Source: Phoronis australis
Taxonomy: Eukaryota > Animalia > Phoronida
Length of the DNA stretch: 64,000 nucleotides
Assembly (NCBI GenBank): GCA_002633005.1
Contig: NMRA01000243.1
Span: 461,718 to 525,717 of the forward strand
Direction: 5' to 3'
Of this stretch, positions 1 through 12,785 are shown in pieces. Position 1 is the stretch's first letter. Every line of letters begins with the position of its first letter. The notes under the pieces are model-generated. The model was not told the DNA's origin. It ran no database searches and saw only the letters and a list, made by a program, of their open reading frames with translations. The position numbers were made by a program, and so were the translations under genes.

Positions 1-195
1 TCATAAAAAAGACGAAAAGATACCAAAAGATAACATCTGTGAGTAAAGAAAGACACAATTAGAAAAAAAGATTTAGGAAACTTAGTTGAGTTCATATTTG
101 GTACTGTTTCGTGCAACCCAGCACAGAAACCTAAAAGTGTAAGACTCAGTAAATTAATGGACTTAAAATGAAATATTTGGAATATTAAACATTAA

Positions 196-742
196 AGCGG
201 CTACAAACCCGCCTTTCGTCAAAAATAACTTTTGATTTAAATCATTTATAGTTCTAAATTTAATACTAAGTTGTTCCTTAATCGTATTAGAGGGATTCCT
301 AGGCTTGGGCAGAACAGAAATATCGTTAGTTCATAATTTTTTTTTAGCTTTGTCTGAAGAAATATCGAATTGTCAGAACAATCCAAGCCTAGAGACTACG
401 TCTAAAATGAGTAAAGAACAAGACTTAGGAATAAAAGCATGAAAATTTTGAGACATTCAGTTGAGAAAACAGATAAAGTTTGAGTCTAATACTGGAATAA
501 AAACTTATAAAAATTAGCCACGTTGCGCTCGCATCTCACTTAGGAATGTTTAGCATTACGTCATTTTGACGTCATTATGACTTTTTAGACCCAGTGTGAC
601 GGCATGTTTATTCTTATTTCCGGGTTCAAATTGCGTCATCTGCTGCCATGACACGTCATCACTAAGCATCCGAATACCAGTTTTAGATCCGTGAGTGGCC
701 TAAATCAAATTTTTTGACAGAAAGCATGAATTTAATGCCTCT
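196..742. mobile_element. Decayed TTAA-flanked non-autonomous DNA element (Kolobok-like ends)
   Basis: TTAA|AGCGGC at the left end and GCCTCT|TTAA at the right. The left part recurs at ~12473-12610 (ttaaagcggcag...), and 541-690 recurs at ~62380-62515. Confidence 0.4.
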
Positions 743-1171
743 TTAACTTTATGTTCGTTTATCTCGAGAATAGATCCACTATTGGTTAGCATGATTAGTC
801 ATGTAAATTTGTTTTAAAAGAACATCATCGGTTTTGCGGCCGAAAAACGAATTTTGTGGATTTCTGTTGGATGGGACAGACTACTTAATTTACTACCTTT
901 AACCAGCCTTATAAGATACCAAAATCCGCTAGACTTTTATCAATTTATTACAAATCGCCAATTCTTGCCGCTGTCTGCCAGACATTCGCTGAAAACGAGG
1001 TCAGTGACCTTACCACTTAAACGCGCTTAAAATACTCTTGCCGTTTATCCAATGGGATTTAGCTCCGACGGTTGAGAATTAGGCAGCGACCGCCGGGGTT
1101 CCGGGTTTTATTCTGCGTTGGGGCTGATCTCCGAAAATCATTTTTATCGCCTCGGCCGATAATATCTCTGA

Positions 1172-1172
1172 C

Positions 1173-1206
<34 letters not shown>

Positions 1207-1410
1207 TTAATATTAATAATAATAATATTAATAATAATAATAACAACAATACTACTACTACTACTACTAATGGTGATGATGACCATGATGATTTTAATAA
1301 TAATAATGATGGTGATGATGATGATGATTAGGATGATGAGGATGATGATGATGATGATGATGATGATAATAACAACAGCAATACTACTCCTACTAATGAT
1401 GATGACGATC
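1172..1410. repeat. Compound trinucleotide microsatellite (GAT)n/(AAT)n/(ACT)n
   Basis: Directly visible; it explains the poly-M and poly-I pseudo-ORFs at 1059-1422. Confidence 0.95.
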
Positions 1411-1431
1411 ATGAGACCATGATCACGATGA

Positions 1432-1620
1432 GACAGTGTGGCTCAGTGATTTGAGCTCCGGGCTCCCGTTAGGGAGACCCGGGTTCGAATCCTGGCTTTA
1501 CTGGCAGACAATCGAGCATAGCACAAAATGAGTCTGCTACTCCTCTGAATTCGGTCTTACTAGAGAACGTAAGCAAGGGAGTGAATGAGAGCCTGGATTT
1601 AATGAGAAAGTGATTTCTGG
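1432..1620 (+). mobile_element. tRNA-derived SINE head
   Basis: A-box-like TGGCTCAGTG at ~1439 and B-box GGTTCGAATCC at ~1482 with pol III spacing. No convincing full cloverleaf; 3' boundary approximate. Confidence 0.6.
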
Positions 1621-3537
1621 GGCAGTGCTCATATTAATTATCATGATGACAATGACGATGACGATCATGATGACACTAATATTAATAGTAATAACAGAAT
1701 AAATACTATCAATTATGGAAACAGTAATGATAAAAATAACGGTAAAGATAATAGTAACGACACAGCAATAGGAATGTTGATAGTAACAGTATTAAAAGTC
1801 CTTAGCGCTTCATACACAACGTATTGCTTACTTAAGCTCACATTAATGTTAGCTTAAATTGTAACTAAAACACGTTGAATCAATTCCAAATATGTAAATA
1901 TAATCCTAAGTGTATTAAATACAGATAGGTTATTTGCGTGTGGAGAAAGCAATAAGACGAAGCATTCCATCAACACGTGGCTTGTATTTGGCAAAGAACT
2001 CACGCATAGGAGATAGAAGAGGACAACGGCTAATTAAATTACGCTGCGCTATTCCGAGATAAAAGCATTTCTCTCACCTGAGACTAAATATCGAGTTAAT
2101 ATATTCTTGCTTCCGAAGGAGATTCATGTTAATTATCGATTTTACTTTCTCGTCTATTGTTCAGCGCTGCTTCATTGCAACAAAATTTACCGCGCGAAAC
2201 CGACCCTCAAGTATGGCGAACGAGAACAGACTGTTTGTAAAAAAATATTGATTTTGCTGTGGAACAGCGGAGGCGAGTGTAGGGTATAATGGGTGAGACG
2301 TAGCGCTATATAGTAGTTATCATTAATGGGTGCGTGTAACACACATTGTTCAATTCATTGTGCTTCAAAGAACATGGATAGTGTCCCTTATCGGTCAGCG
2401 GTCAGATTAGGTCGAGGTAAGCGTTGCATGGATTTATTATAAAGCAAAACTTGTAGACAGCAAACTCAAGTCTTAAGACAATGCTTACTTTCCTGTGAGT
2501 AGATTATTATTGCTAGTCCAAATGCACGTGACAACTGTTTGCAATAACTCTGTAGAAGCTTACGAATCCATTTGACTGGGCTGAAGTTATTCTCTTTTGG
2601 CTGTATCCCTAGAGTCTAAGCGTGCGATTATAAAACTATTAGGACAGTGCGTTATTGGTCATCGATTAAAAACATCCACAGGCTTATCAAGTATCTGATG
2701 ACAAATGACTGTCTGGTTTATTGTTCCTGAACAGATCAGTGAAGTCGGTAATGGGATTTTCCGGAAACAGCAAGAATAGGCCCGTGAGCCTATAGTCGGA
2801 ACATGCACCATTTAGGGTTTCCCAGAATGAACAGTATCAGCGAGTGTCAAGCAAAATAAGACTTACGTGAGACAGGAAATAGTCAATTTCAGCTCGTTTT
2901 TGGCTTATCTACAATCTAAACTGGTACCATTGGTGGTATAAACCTTCACAACTAAAAATGTTGATTCCCATTCCATGTAAGTGTCGAGGGCCCTATCTGT
3001 TTAGCCGCTACATAGATGCATTTCCAAAGATATAGGGACTTTCATTTGGGAGAACTAGAGAAGAAAAATGGGACATTTTCCGAAAGTACGCCCTGTAGCA
3101 TCAGCAATTCTCGATGGAAGGAATCCAGAATATTTATCATATACAGACGATAGAGCCGTGCGACAACTGCGTTATCTAACGTTGAAATACATCAGAACTG
3201 CTTTTCCATATTTCGCCCGTGAAAGAACTACCGTTATGCCCCTTTAATATTCAGGCAATATGGTCAGGAATTGCTGTAGTTATTACGTCGAAACAGTTTC
3301 CAAAATATTATCATCTTTACACTAATCTTACTTATCACGAAATACAAAATGGAACACTGAGCAACAGTAATAAATAAAAGAAGCCATCAAATAGTATATC
3401 AACTATAACAAAGACGTTTTCGCTTTAATACTGATGAAAAATCATGAAAATTAGGACGAAAACTTTGGTCCAGTTAACAAACCAATTCACGAGCGTTTTC
3501 CATGCAAGTGGACGGGAGAATTATGCCTATACGGCTC

Positions 3538-4165
3538 TGTAGGACCTTATCAACAAGCCTGCGTATTTGACCGAATATTTCCAAAAGCATAGATTTAACA
3601 CCAGTGCTGTAGTGGTAAAATTGGAGGTAAGTAAGCGCCCAAAGCCCACCGTATCACATTGAGCACTGAACGTAACTTGTAATGCGTAAGCGCTACGTCC
3701 AAATGCCAAGAGGTGGTTGGCTGCGCCTACGTGCGCCTACGCCCTAGAACAGCACTGTTTAACACAGTAAAAATTATACACCTTCTGAAAACAGACAGCT
3801 TGTAGAATTGAGTTTGACTTTTTGTCAATCTCCCACTAACTGGGTCACGTGTCCATGTCTTTAGTACAAATTATCAAAAGGGAATAGTACATTGATAGCA
3901 AAACACCGGTATCAGCTGCATGATATAAATGTTACAGTTTCCTGAAATATCAGTTCGTTTTCCTTTTATGTCACTTTAGATTTTTTTTAGAGAAAGTTAT
4001 AAATTTCTTATTTTTATAGCCTTTCATGAAAAAGTGGAACATTTTAAAAAGCAATTCCTAATAGCGTTTTGGAGAACATTGTACAGTATCTATAAGCTTA
4101 ATATGAATGCAATCAATAATTTCTTAAATATGATGTTGGACATTTTTCTATGGACCGGTCCTACA
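3538..4165. mobile_element. Non-autonomous TIR element (TGTAGGACC...GGTCCTACA) interrupted by a hAT MITE
   Basis: 9-bp terminal inverted repeat. Homologous pieces at ~32440-32840 and ~42648-42860, the latter starting tatgtaggacc and lacking the MITE. Confidence 0.6.
3602..3757. mobile_element. hAT-type MITE, copy 1
   Basis: CAGTGCTGT...ACAGCACTG termini; perfect 8-bp TSD TTTAACAC at 3594-3601 and 3758-3765. Confidence 0.85.
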
Positions 4166-4312
4166 TGACATTAAACCGGTATTTTTTTTCAAAAGACACC
4201 CACGAGACTGTCTAAAGGATGCAGTTGTTTTGGTCCCACTTTTCTTATTCTATGATTAACGTTCGGTCAATTTTGAAGCGTATTTAAACATGCCGATAAT
4301 ATCAGTAGTGAT

Positions 4313-4471
4313 CAGGGGCGGATCCAGGGTTTTAAGTTGGGAGGGGCAGGGCAGAGCATTAGCCAGGATTTTTCCCGCCAGACATTCTCACTCCCGTGCA
4401 GCCAAATGGAATATGGGAGAATTTTAGGGGGGCCATGGGCACCTTTACCCCCTTCCCTAAATCCGCCTCTG
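4313..4471. mobile_element. CAGGGGCGGATCC-type GC-rich MITE
   Basis: CAGGGGCGGAT...ATCCGCCTCTG inverted ends; related to 44076-44309. TSD not clear. Confidence 0.65.
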
Positions 4472-6872
4472 GTAATCTGCCAATTTGCAAGGTCAAACAC
4501 GTTTTCACAGCCCTCGATATAAAGAACAATTAATTGTTTAAAGAATGTCATTAAAAGCCCTTATAATATTACAATCGCAATTTGTTACAGTCACCGATCG
4601 CCCCGGCCTATCCGAGGCCCGAGGGTTAAAAGCTAACTTTATCAAGAATTTCAAAGTTTTTATGTCCAAACAACGTCGCAACATTCATATTTTGGCGGCA
4701 TAAATCTATTATCAGTAATTGTTTTCGGCATTTATTCGCTACTTCAACTTCAAGAGAAACCTGAGTGTATTACATTGTTGTGTCCACATTGCGCGTAGGG
4801 TAAAAATCGGCTAGATTCTCTACCTCGCTAGTGCATGCCCAGCTCGAAACCGTGTAAACGAGTGCACGATTTCAAGGTGGGCATGCAAAGCGCGTGCGCA
4901 GTAACGTGGTAGTAGAAAACCAGGTGTACTGAAAATACCTATTGATACATTACGCTCTATGGATACCTGGTAATAAAATGCAGATTTCTTTTGAAATTAT
5001 TTGTAAATGACTAAAATAGCACTTGATAGTACTCTGACGTAAGCCATCCGAGTACCTGAATGATGAATGGTTGGCAGGAAACAGAAACGTTTAGATTTCC
5101 ACACATAGTTTTCCCCCGGATCTTGGCTTCGCTTGCCAACTTATGCATTTGTGCTTGATGAAAGAACTAACTTACGATCGTAATGATTTAAGGACTCGTA
5201 TATTTTGTGGATCGGGAGCTAACTAACAATATAAATACTGATCCTGCGATGGACTCCTTGAAAACGTGGCTTGTCTCACAAAGTAGGCTGCTAGATTTTA
5301 ACCGACAATATCGACATCTTACGAAGCGATCCAAATGTGTGCATACAGCAAACGCAACGTCCTTAGTCATTGTCGTGTCCTACCAGCAAGCGACCGTCTT
5401 GCCTCGCTCCATTCTAGTTCCTGACTGTATTAAAACGTTATGAACCTGCGTTCCTTCAAAAGTAACCTTTGATTTAGACGACTCACCGTAATAAAATTGG
5501 TCTGAAATTGTTCCTTAGCCAAATTAAATATGATTTCTACGCTTGGAAAGAATCGACAGTTCATTAGTGCTTATGAACGTGCTTCGTAAGTAACTAGTCA
5601 CTGCGTTTTATGTTATACGACGAATCTTCGCTTTATTGCATGGTGATGGAATTGAGGCCCAAAGCATACATGTACTGGCGACATACACAGTACATCCCTG
5701 CAGGCCGCTGACCCCTACATCTCAGCCGCGCTTGCCGAGCTGAGCGTTCCACTTCGTCCGGTCCGGTGTCTTCTCACTCTAAAACATTACCATCATCAAA
5801 CAATCTGAAGCAAATAAGCAGATGTCTAACTTTTGCTGTTTCCACTATTGACACTGTATGAAGTTCACCTTTTGGCACGAGGACATATAACCTTATCTCA
5901 TTTTTTCAAAGACTCTCTACGTTTAGGATAACACGTTCACATGCTTGACTTAGATGCACGTCTTGCACCAATGTTAACAATGAATAGCACTGTATATATT
6001 TTGAATTTCAACAAAAACAAAGACGAAGAGTTTGTATCTCACCAGTAAAATAACAGCGAACGAATCTAAAACTCAAAATTTACGTGTAACTGCCATACTC
6101 GGTTGGCATCTACTTTAGACTTGCAATAGTTTTCAAACTGGTTTGTAAAAAGCCAGTGATTTTTAGGGGAGTTATTAGAGTCGTATGAACGTTCTCAAAT
6201 TCAGAAATTTTTGGCGGATTTATTGATGATTTTCTCCTCGAAATTTTCATTCGTATGAACAAGGTTTTTGATTTGAGCGTGATTTTGTAACTTTCCCGGC
6301 TATCGGTAACTCCTAATAGTAAGCTCTGATGTGTATATTCTCAAATGACATATTTTTTACCTTTCTAGAACCTCCAAGTATAAGCCCCGGATTGCTTTCG
6401 GGAACAGGGGGCCTATAAACGGAAAATACATCGACATAGAATGAAGTTCAATATATCATAGTTAATGCTACATCTTGCCCCTTGCCTGCGCTTGTTAAAA
6501 ACAAAATGGAATATAGAATTAGGCCTTATACATTTATAACATCGGTCTCCAAATTTTCCTTAGCATGATAGGTCTTGTTTTCTGTGTCCAAGAAGAATAT
6601 ACAATCCCTCAACTGAGGTAAAAAAACTTGTCGGAAACCGTCGATTTCACTGAGGCTGGTCACTAACCCGATGAAAGCTGAATTTCGTTCCGTTTAGCTG
6701 CCTAAAAAACGAAAATTGAATTAGGTCTCTACATTCACAAAACCCGTCCCATAATATTTCGTGCTGTGATAAGATTCCATTTCCTTTACTAAATCAAGTC
6801 ACAGGCTTTGCGTAATGCGTACATACGACGTTTTCTTATTCTCAGTTTGGGGTTGGCCAAACGGCACCTCAA

Positions 6873-7058
6873 CAGTGCTGCAGTGGTAAAATTAGAGGTA
6901 AGTAGGCGCCCAATGCCCACCGTATCACCTTGAGCACGAGATTTTAAAAGTGCACTGAATTCGCAACATAACGTATTTTACGGTTGGTAGGCGCTACGTT
7001 TAAATGTCAAAAGGTGGTTGGCTGCGCCTACGTGCGCCTACGCCCCACTACAGCACTG
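6873..7058. mobile_element. hAT-type MITE, copy 2
   Basis: Same family as 3602-3757; CAGTGCTG...CAGCACTG termini; degenerate 8-bp TSD CACCTCAA/CACTCCAA. Confidence 0.8.
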
Positions 7059-8959
7059 CACTCCAATAAACTCTGAAGTGTTGTCTCGCGTACGTGATGG
7101 TTTCCACGATCTTATTAGCATCTCAGTGAAGTAAAATCCTGTCACAGTAAGGAATATTATGATACCGATTATTTATCCAATTAAACATAGCGAACTGCAG
7201 CCCTAAGCGCGTGTATTTTAGGAAGATGGTACAGAAGAGAACGGTGGAATCCTGCCCCTTGACAGATATCTTGTCGTCTTGGATCGTGTGCAATGTTTAG
7301 AATGTTTTTACTTAATGACTCATATTCGACACCAATTTTACTTAAACATAGCAATAAAACTCATTAGTTAAGAACTCAAAATGTTTTCAAAGGGACAACT
7401 AAGATACTATGCAGTGGTACCGTTAGTTAAATTTATTTTGTAGTTAAAACATGTTGAAAAGCTATTTCCTGTTTCTCATTAAATCTTGTTTTTGTTTGAT
7501 ACTCGCTGACACTGTTCAATTTGATTGGGAAATCCTAAAAATCGATTCCGAAATTCAGTAGGGCTCATGGGCCGGTACTAAAACACCATAGTCGTATCTT
7601 CAATGTGTGCTGTATGTAAGAGGAAAAATAGTGCAGTTGCTTCTTTTTCTGTGCCAAGACATTGACGGGGATTTACTCAGTCCATACGGACCACAGTCGA
7701 GAAGCCCACAACTCAGTTTGACTAGTGGCGCCATGTTTCACTGGTTACCCAGAAGAAACCGTTTTTGATGAACCAACGTATATCTTGTGAATGGCAGAAA
7801 GCTGGTTAATTGGCAAGTTCCGCAGTGACTATGTCATGTATGGATTGTGTTTTGATTTCTCGGAATCTAGGTCCAAAACAGTACGTGAAGTCAGCCCAAA
7901 CAATGCTCAGTTTGCTTCCTGGTATCCACGTAAGGCGTAGTTTTTAGGTTACTAAATACTGAATGAGAACACCTTTAGAATAGTCACACCAGGTAAATAA
8001 CCATGACCTAACCGTGTCACGACTTTCATGAATCAATAATTTTTAGATAAAGTTCTCCGAAATTTGGATTGCGTCAGGTTTTTGTTGCCAGCTTTTTCTG
8101 TCATTGTCAATCTGCATTTTTTGCAGTCTACAAAACCGCGGAGCTACATTAAAACGTACTAAATCGATGCTATCTCGGCTATCATTGCACTTAGCACTAG
8201 ATATATAAACAACTATGCACTTCTGTCTACATTCCAAGCGATGTAGCGCACTGTGCATGGCTTAGTGGATTAACATCTGGGTCAAACCATGTAATAAGCA
8301 ATATATGCAATTTTATTCAGTGTTGTCATAGTGCGCACATCGTGTAAAGAACTACATGTGTGCCCGTTATCAGTACTCGGATATGAAACGCCATCGTGTC
8401 CTTAGGACAGATCGTGCCGGCATTGCACTCCGAGTGCAAAATAATCGTTGTTGATGCAATTGACGCGAGGATCTGGAAATCGCAGATAGACCAGAACAAA
8501 GATATTATAGTTACACCAGAATCTTTGACCTGGCTCAGAATATAGTAAAATGGCGAATTACATAGCATCCTGACCTGGTATGTTGAAAATGCGTGCATCG
8601 GTCGAATGCCTTGCTACCGTCGCTGTACGTGAATGTCCGCCTGAATCCAGAAATGCCGATTACTGGAGAGTTGTTAGACATCCGTTTGCTGGTACTCACA
8701 GCAGAATCTCAGAAGGGTTTCCGGATTCACGTGGGCATTGTGACAATGACGATTGCAAAGCACTCGCACATTTCTGAAAGAGTGCGCTGCACTCGTTCTC
8801 AAAATAACACGTTGGCGTGCCATACACGGAGGCCATTTTGCGTTTACAAATTACCTCTGAAATGAGCGCGGTAGGCATTGACCGTATCAAATGTGCGAGA
8901 GCTTATTTACGAGGGTATATTTCTTCTACTTACGACGATGATACATAAATATTTGAGAA

Positions 8960-11120
8960 ACACTTTGTTCTGAACAAGTGGGATTATAATTTCACTTCAT
9001 TATATAATAAACCTGCATGCTTCTATTGTCTCGCATTTTGATCAAGTTTTCTATAGAAGTATGATTGATTTAAAACAGAAGTTGGAAAATGAGATGTTTC
9101 AAAACTTGCTAGACGATGAACTTAATGCCGAATTTTCTATTATTGAATTAAAAACGACTGTTAATCATCTTAAAACAGGAAAGGCAGTTGGGGTTGATAA
9201 AATTCCCAATGAAATTCTAAAATCAGATGATGTTCTTAAACTTTTATTTAAAGTCTTTGATTTGTGCTACTCCTCAAAGATAGTCCCTAGTATTTGAGTC
9301 TAAGGCCATCATTATCAAACCAATTCCCAAGAGTGCTGATAAAGATCCGTATACTCCTATTCACTACAGAGGAATAAGTTTATTGTCATGTATATCGAGG
9401 TTATACTCTAGTTTAATTAATAATAGACTCATTAAATTTGCCGTAGAAAACAGTTTGATGGATTTCACAAAAATAGATCGTGCATTGACCATGTATTCAC
9501 CTTGTCCTCGGTCATTAAAAGCAGATTACGTGATGAGAAAAATACATTTGCCTGTTTTGTAGACTTTAAACAAGCCTTCGATTGGATTTCTACAGAAGAC
9601 AGTTTGGGAGAAAATTTCATTGCCATCAAGTCATTATTCCTTAACAATACAGTTTGCATCAAACTTAAAACAGACTTTTCCAATAATTGGTCCCCAGCAA
9701 CTAGTGGAGTTAGATAGGATGATGTGGTGTCTCCCACACCAGTTAATATTTTCTTCAGTGATCTTGCTGTTGATATTGCAACTTTAAGTATAGGTGTTAT
9801 GTTGGACGGTCTGAATTTATCTATTTTGTTTTACGCAAATGATATTGTTTTGATAGCCGAAAATGAACGCAATCTTCAAATCATGCTTAAACGCGTTTTC
9901 GAGTGGTGCAAAAATGGGAATTTTGTATTAATGAAAGAAAAAGAGTTTTAACAAATATTGTGCAGTTTAGAAATAAGAGTTACCCTGTCTCTAACTGCAA
10001 CATTACTTTTGGAAATTTAAATCTTGTTTACAAACCAAAGTACAAATATTTAGGTTCTATTTTAACGAGTTTTTAGATTTTCAAGACACTGGTCAGATTT
10101 TGAGTGATTCAGCTGGGCGTACTCTCCCTGGTATAATATCTAAATTTCGTAACCTGAGAGATACTGGCTATAAAACTTTTAACCATCTCTATTCCGCCTG
10201 TCTACAACTCATTGTAGAATATTGCTCTGGAGTCTGGTGATTTCAAGATTTTCGTTGATGTAACTTTGTATAAAACAGAGCTATGATGTATCATTATGGT
10301 GTCCATCGCTCAGGTCCTATTTCTGTCATGAGAGGTGACATGAATTGGTTTCCCCTCAGATATAATCGTCACATGAATATGGTTCATCTGTGGAATAGAA
10401 TATTGAGTTTTAGCTGTGGAAGACTCACCAGAAAAGCCTTTGAATGGGACTATATCCAAAACAATTCAAATTGGTCGTCCGAGATTAAAGCAATTTTCAA
10501 CTCAGTTAAATCATATATTTGAATCCAAAAATTGAATGCGATATTACTGTTTTATTAACAAATCTTATTAAGACTTTGCCGATGAATGGAAAAATACTGT
10601 TAATTAAGAACTTACAAAATTCAAATAAATATATAAAAAAGAATCTACAAATTTTCAAAATGGACTTTTTTAGTGAAAATTACTTATTTGTTCTTGTTTG
10701 ACCAGATATCGTAGATCACTTTCATCACAATTTCACTTTGGAATTCTCTCACTTAGTATTAAAACTGGTAGAATTCTAACACTATTCTCTGCTTACTTTG
10801 TAATATGCACGCTGTTGAGGATGAAATTCATTTTAAGAATATTGTTGTTTAATAAAATCACAATTATTGTCCCGGATTTCGACCTGTTAAGTTCTAAAGA
10901 CGAAATTGCTGTTTTATGTAATAATTTTTGTAATGATGATAGATATACAGAAAGTGCTTACGATAGACAACAAAATTTTCTGTTCACTTAATTTCTTAAA
11001 TAGTTTTGAGCTTCATAACAAATTGTGTGCACATTGCTGTTCTTGCATTTTGTCTAAAGTGACTGATAAGCCCAGTGGGCTGGATGTTCAAGTAACACAG
11101 GTAACTGTAATAAATTTATT
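8960..11120 (+). mobile_element. Decayed 5'-truncated non-LTR retrotransposon (LINE ORF2: reverse transcriptase and C-terminus; RTEX/CR1-group-like, clade unconfirmed)
   Basis: RT motifs across frameshifts: GKAVGVDKIPNE, PIPK..D...YRGISLLS, GF...RSCIDH, FVDFKQAFD, GVR*GD..SP, YAND (from YADD), later ILSL.IKTGR and EDEIHF. The 3' tail ends at AATAAA (~11110) next to a (TCT/TCA)n tract. Confidence 0.9.
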
Positions 11121-12619
11121 TTCTTCTTCTTCATCATCATCATCTTCTTCTTCTACGTCAACCCACTTGGTAGACCTATACACGGAGCTTTATTGTGGAT
11201 CTACATTGGGGGCTTGATCAGTTGATCAGCTTTAGCGACCCCTCGTGGCTGTTGCCATTCTGTCTTCCCCTCCTTAATTCCCTCTACCAGTTGCCACTCA
11301 ACCCCCCCTTTGTGTCACCTCCCAGTCGATCAATGCCATTTGCAGCCATTGCGAATGTTTTTATTTTACTGCCTTCAAACCGCTCTCGCTGACGTACCAA
11401 CCTCGTGATCTGGCTGGAAATGCTCTGTTGTCACTTCTAAGACCACCACGTTGTAAAACCCATGCAGCTATACAAGGAGGGGTCCTGTTTTCTGCGTGGG
11501 CCCTAAGCTGTATTTACTTAATCCGGCAAGTGGTCTCTCGATACGTATTCATGCTAGATCTACCACTGCTCGACTCATACGCGCGAAACTTCAACATTGC
11601 TGTTTTCTATTCACCTTCTCTTCTGACGTAACGCAACTTGTGCTTCGTTTCGTGGTTTCTGCTCAGTCTGTCGAGGCTCACCAACAAAGTCTCAAATTCA
11701 GTACAGAAAGTATCCGTTATGTCAACACTTGTTGTTATGTAGTTTGGTGGTTTACACTCAAGTGTCCTTTTGTAACCGCAGTTAAGGTAAGTTCCAAGAG
11801 CATACGTTGTGTGCACAGTGTCTTGGACAAAGTCGATGTGATTGATAATGATGCTGTTAGGAGATCAACCATAAAAACTCGAGCAGATCCCTGGCTTGCA
11901 GTCTTAAGGGCTTGCATGGACATTTTCCTTGTAGTTGTCTCCCTTTTGACATCCTAGATCTCGCAAGTGAATCGCCGTTTAATATTTTATGTTTGCCAGA
12001 TCCTTATATATATGTCTGTGTGCTCAAGTGAGCATTCGCGCGTGCATGGGAGCGTAATGCGTTATTTTTGAAACAGACGCATCTTACAGTTGTTGTTTAA
12101 GTCCCATAAGGCCTTTAAAAGTTATTTGTACAGGCACTTGTTTTACGGAACGTTATTGTGTGAAAATGATGCCGCTGAGGCTTTTTCGATCGTTAGGACA
12201 ATGTTGTCAATTGCGAACTTATGAAATGCAGTGACGTCACGACGTCAAGTAGACACTGGCGCAGGTGCTATTGCATTTTCAATGACTTGCGCTGTGTGTA
12301 CTAATTGCTAACAATCATCTCCCCTTGAAGAAAACTGTAAGAAAGCAAACATTATTTGTAAAGCTTGACACTAATTATCGCTAGATACACTTCAAAAGTC
12401 AGAGAACCAATTACGAAAGTAGATACCGTAAATTCTCGAAACGCTTACTAACGCGCTGACTAAACCATTTAAAGCGGCAGTTGACCCGTCTTCCCTCACA
12501 ACTTTAGATTTGGACAACTCACCGCTATGAACTTGGTCTCGGTATGTTCCTTAGAGACTGAATTCGAAGTCATGGTTTCAGGACTTTGAAAGAACTGACA
12601 ATTCGTTAGTGCTTGGAAC

Positions 12620-12785
12620 CTGGCGTTCGTTCAGTAACGCTAGGACCTACGATAGGACCTAGCTAAAAATCTACCCAAAATCTACCCAAAGTCACGTCTT
12701 CTCATTTAAAATTCACGGCAGCGTCTCACATCTCGCAAAGTCTCACTTTTTAGCGAGGTCTTAGCGTTACTGAACGGGAGGCAGG
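12620..12785. mobile_element. ~160-bp MITE (GTTCAGTAACGCTAGGACCT family), copy 1
   Basis: Inverted ends cgttcagtaacgctaggacct / aggtcttagcgttactgaacg. Other copies at ~18947-19050 (partial), 23079-23235 and 27873-28017. Confidence 0.75.

Noticed and set aside
1059-1422. Poly-Ile and poly-Met ORFs on both strands
   Set aside because: They are translations of a trinucleotide microsatellite.
1432-1505. Functional tRNA gene
   Set aside because: A and B boxes are present but there is no convincing acceptor or anticodon stem; a SINE head fits better.
8326-8890. Cluster of overlapping short ORFs upstream of the LINE
   Set aside because: No recognisable motif or splice pattern; cannot be assigned.
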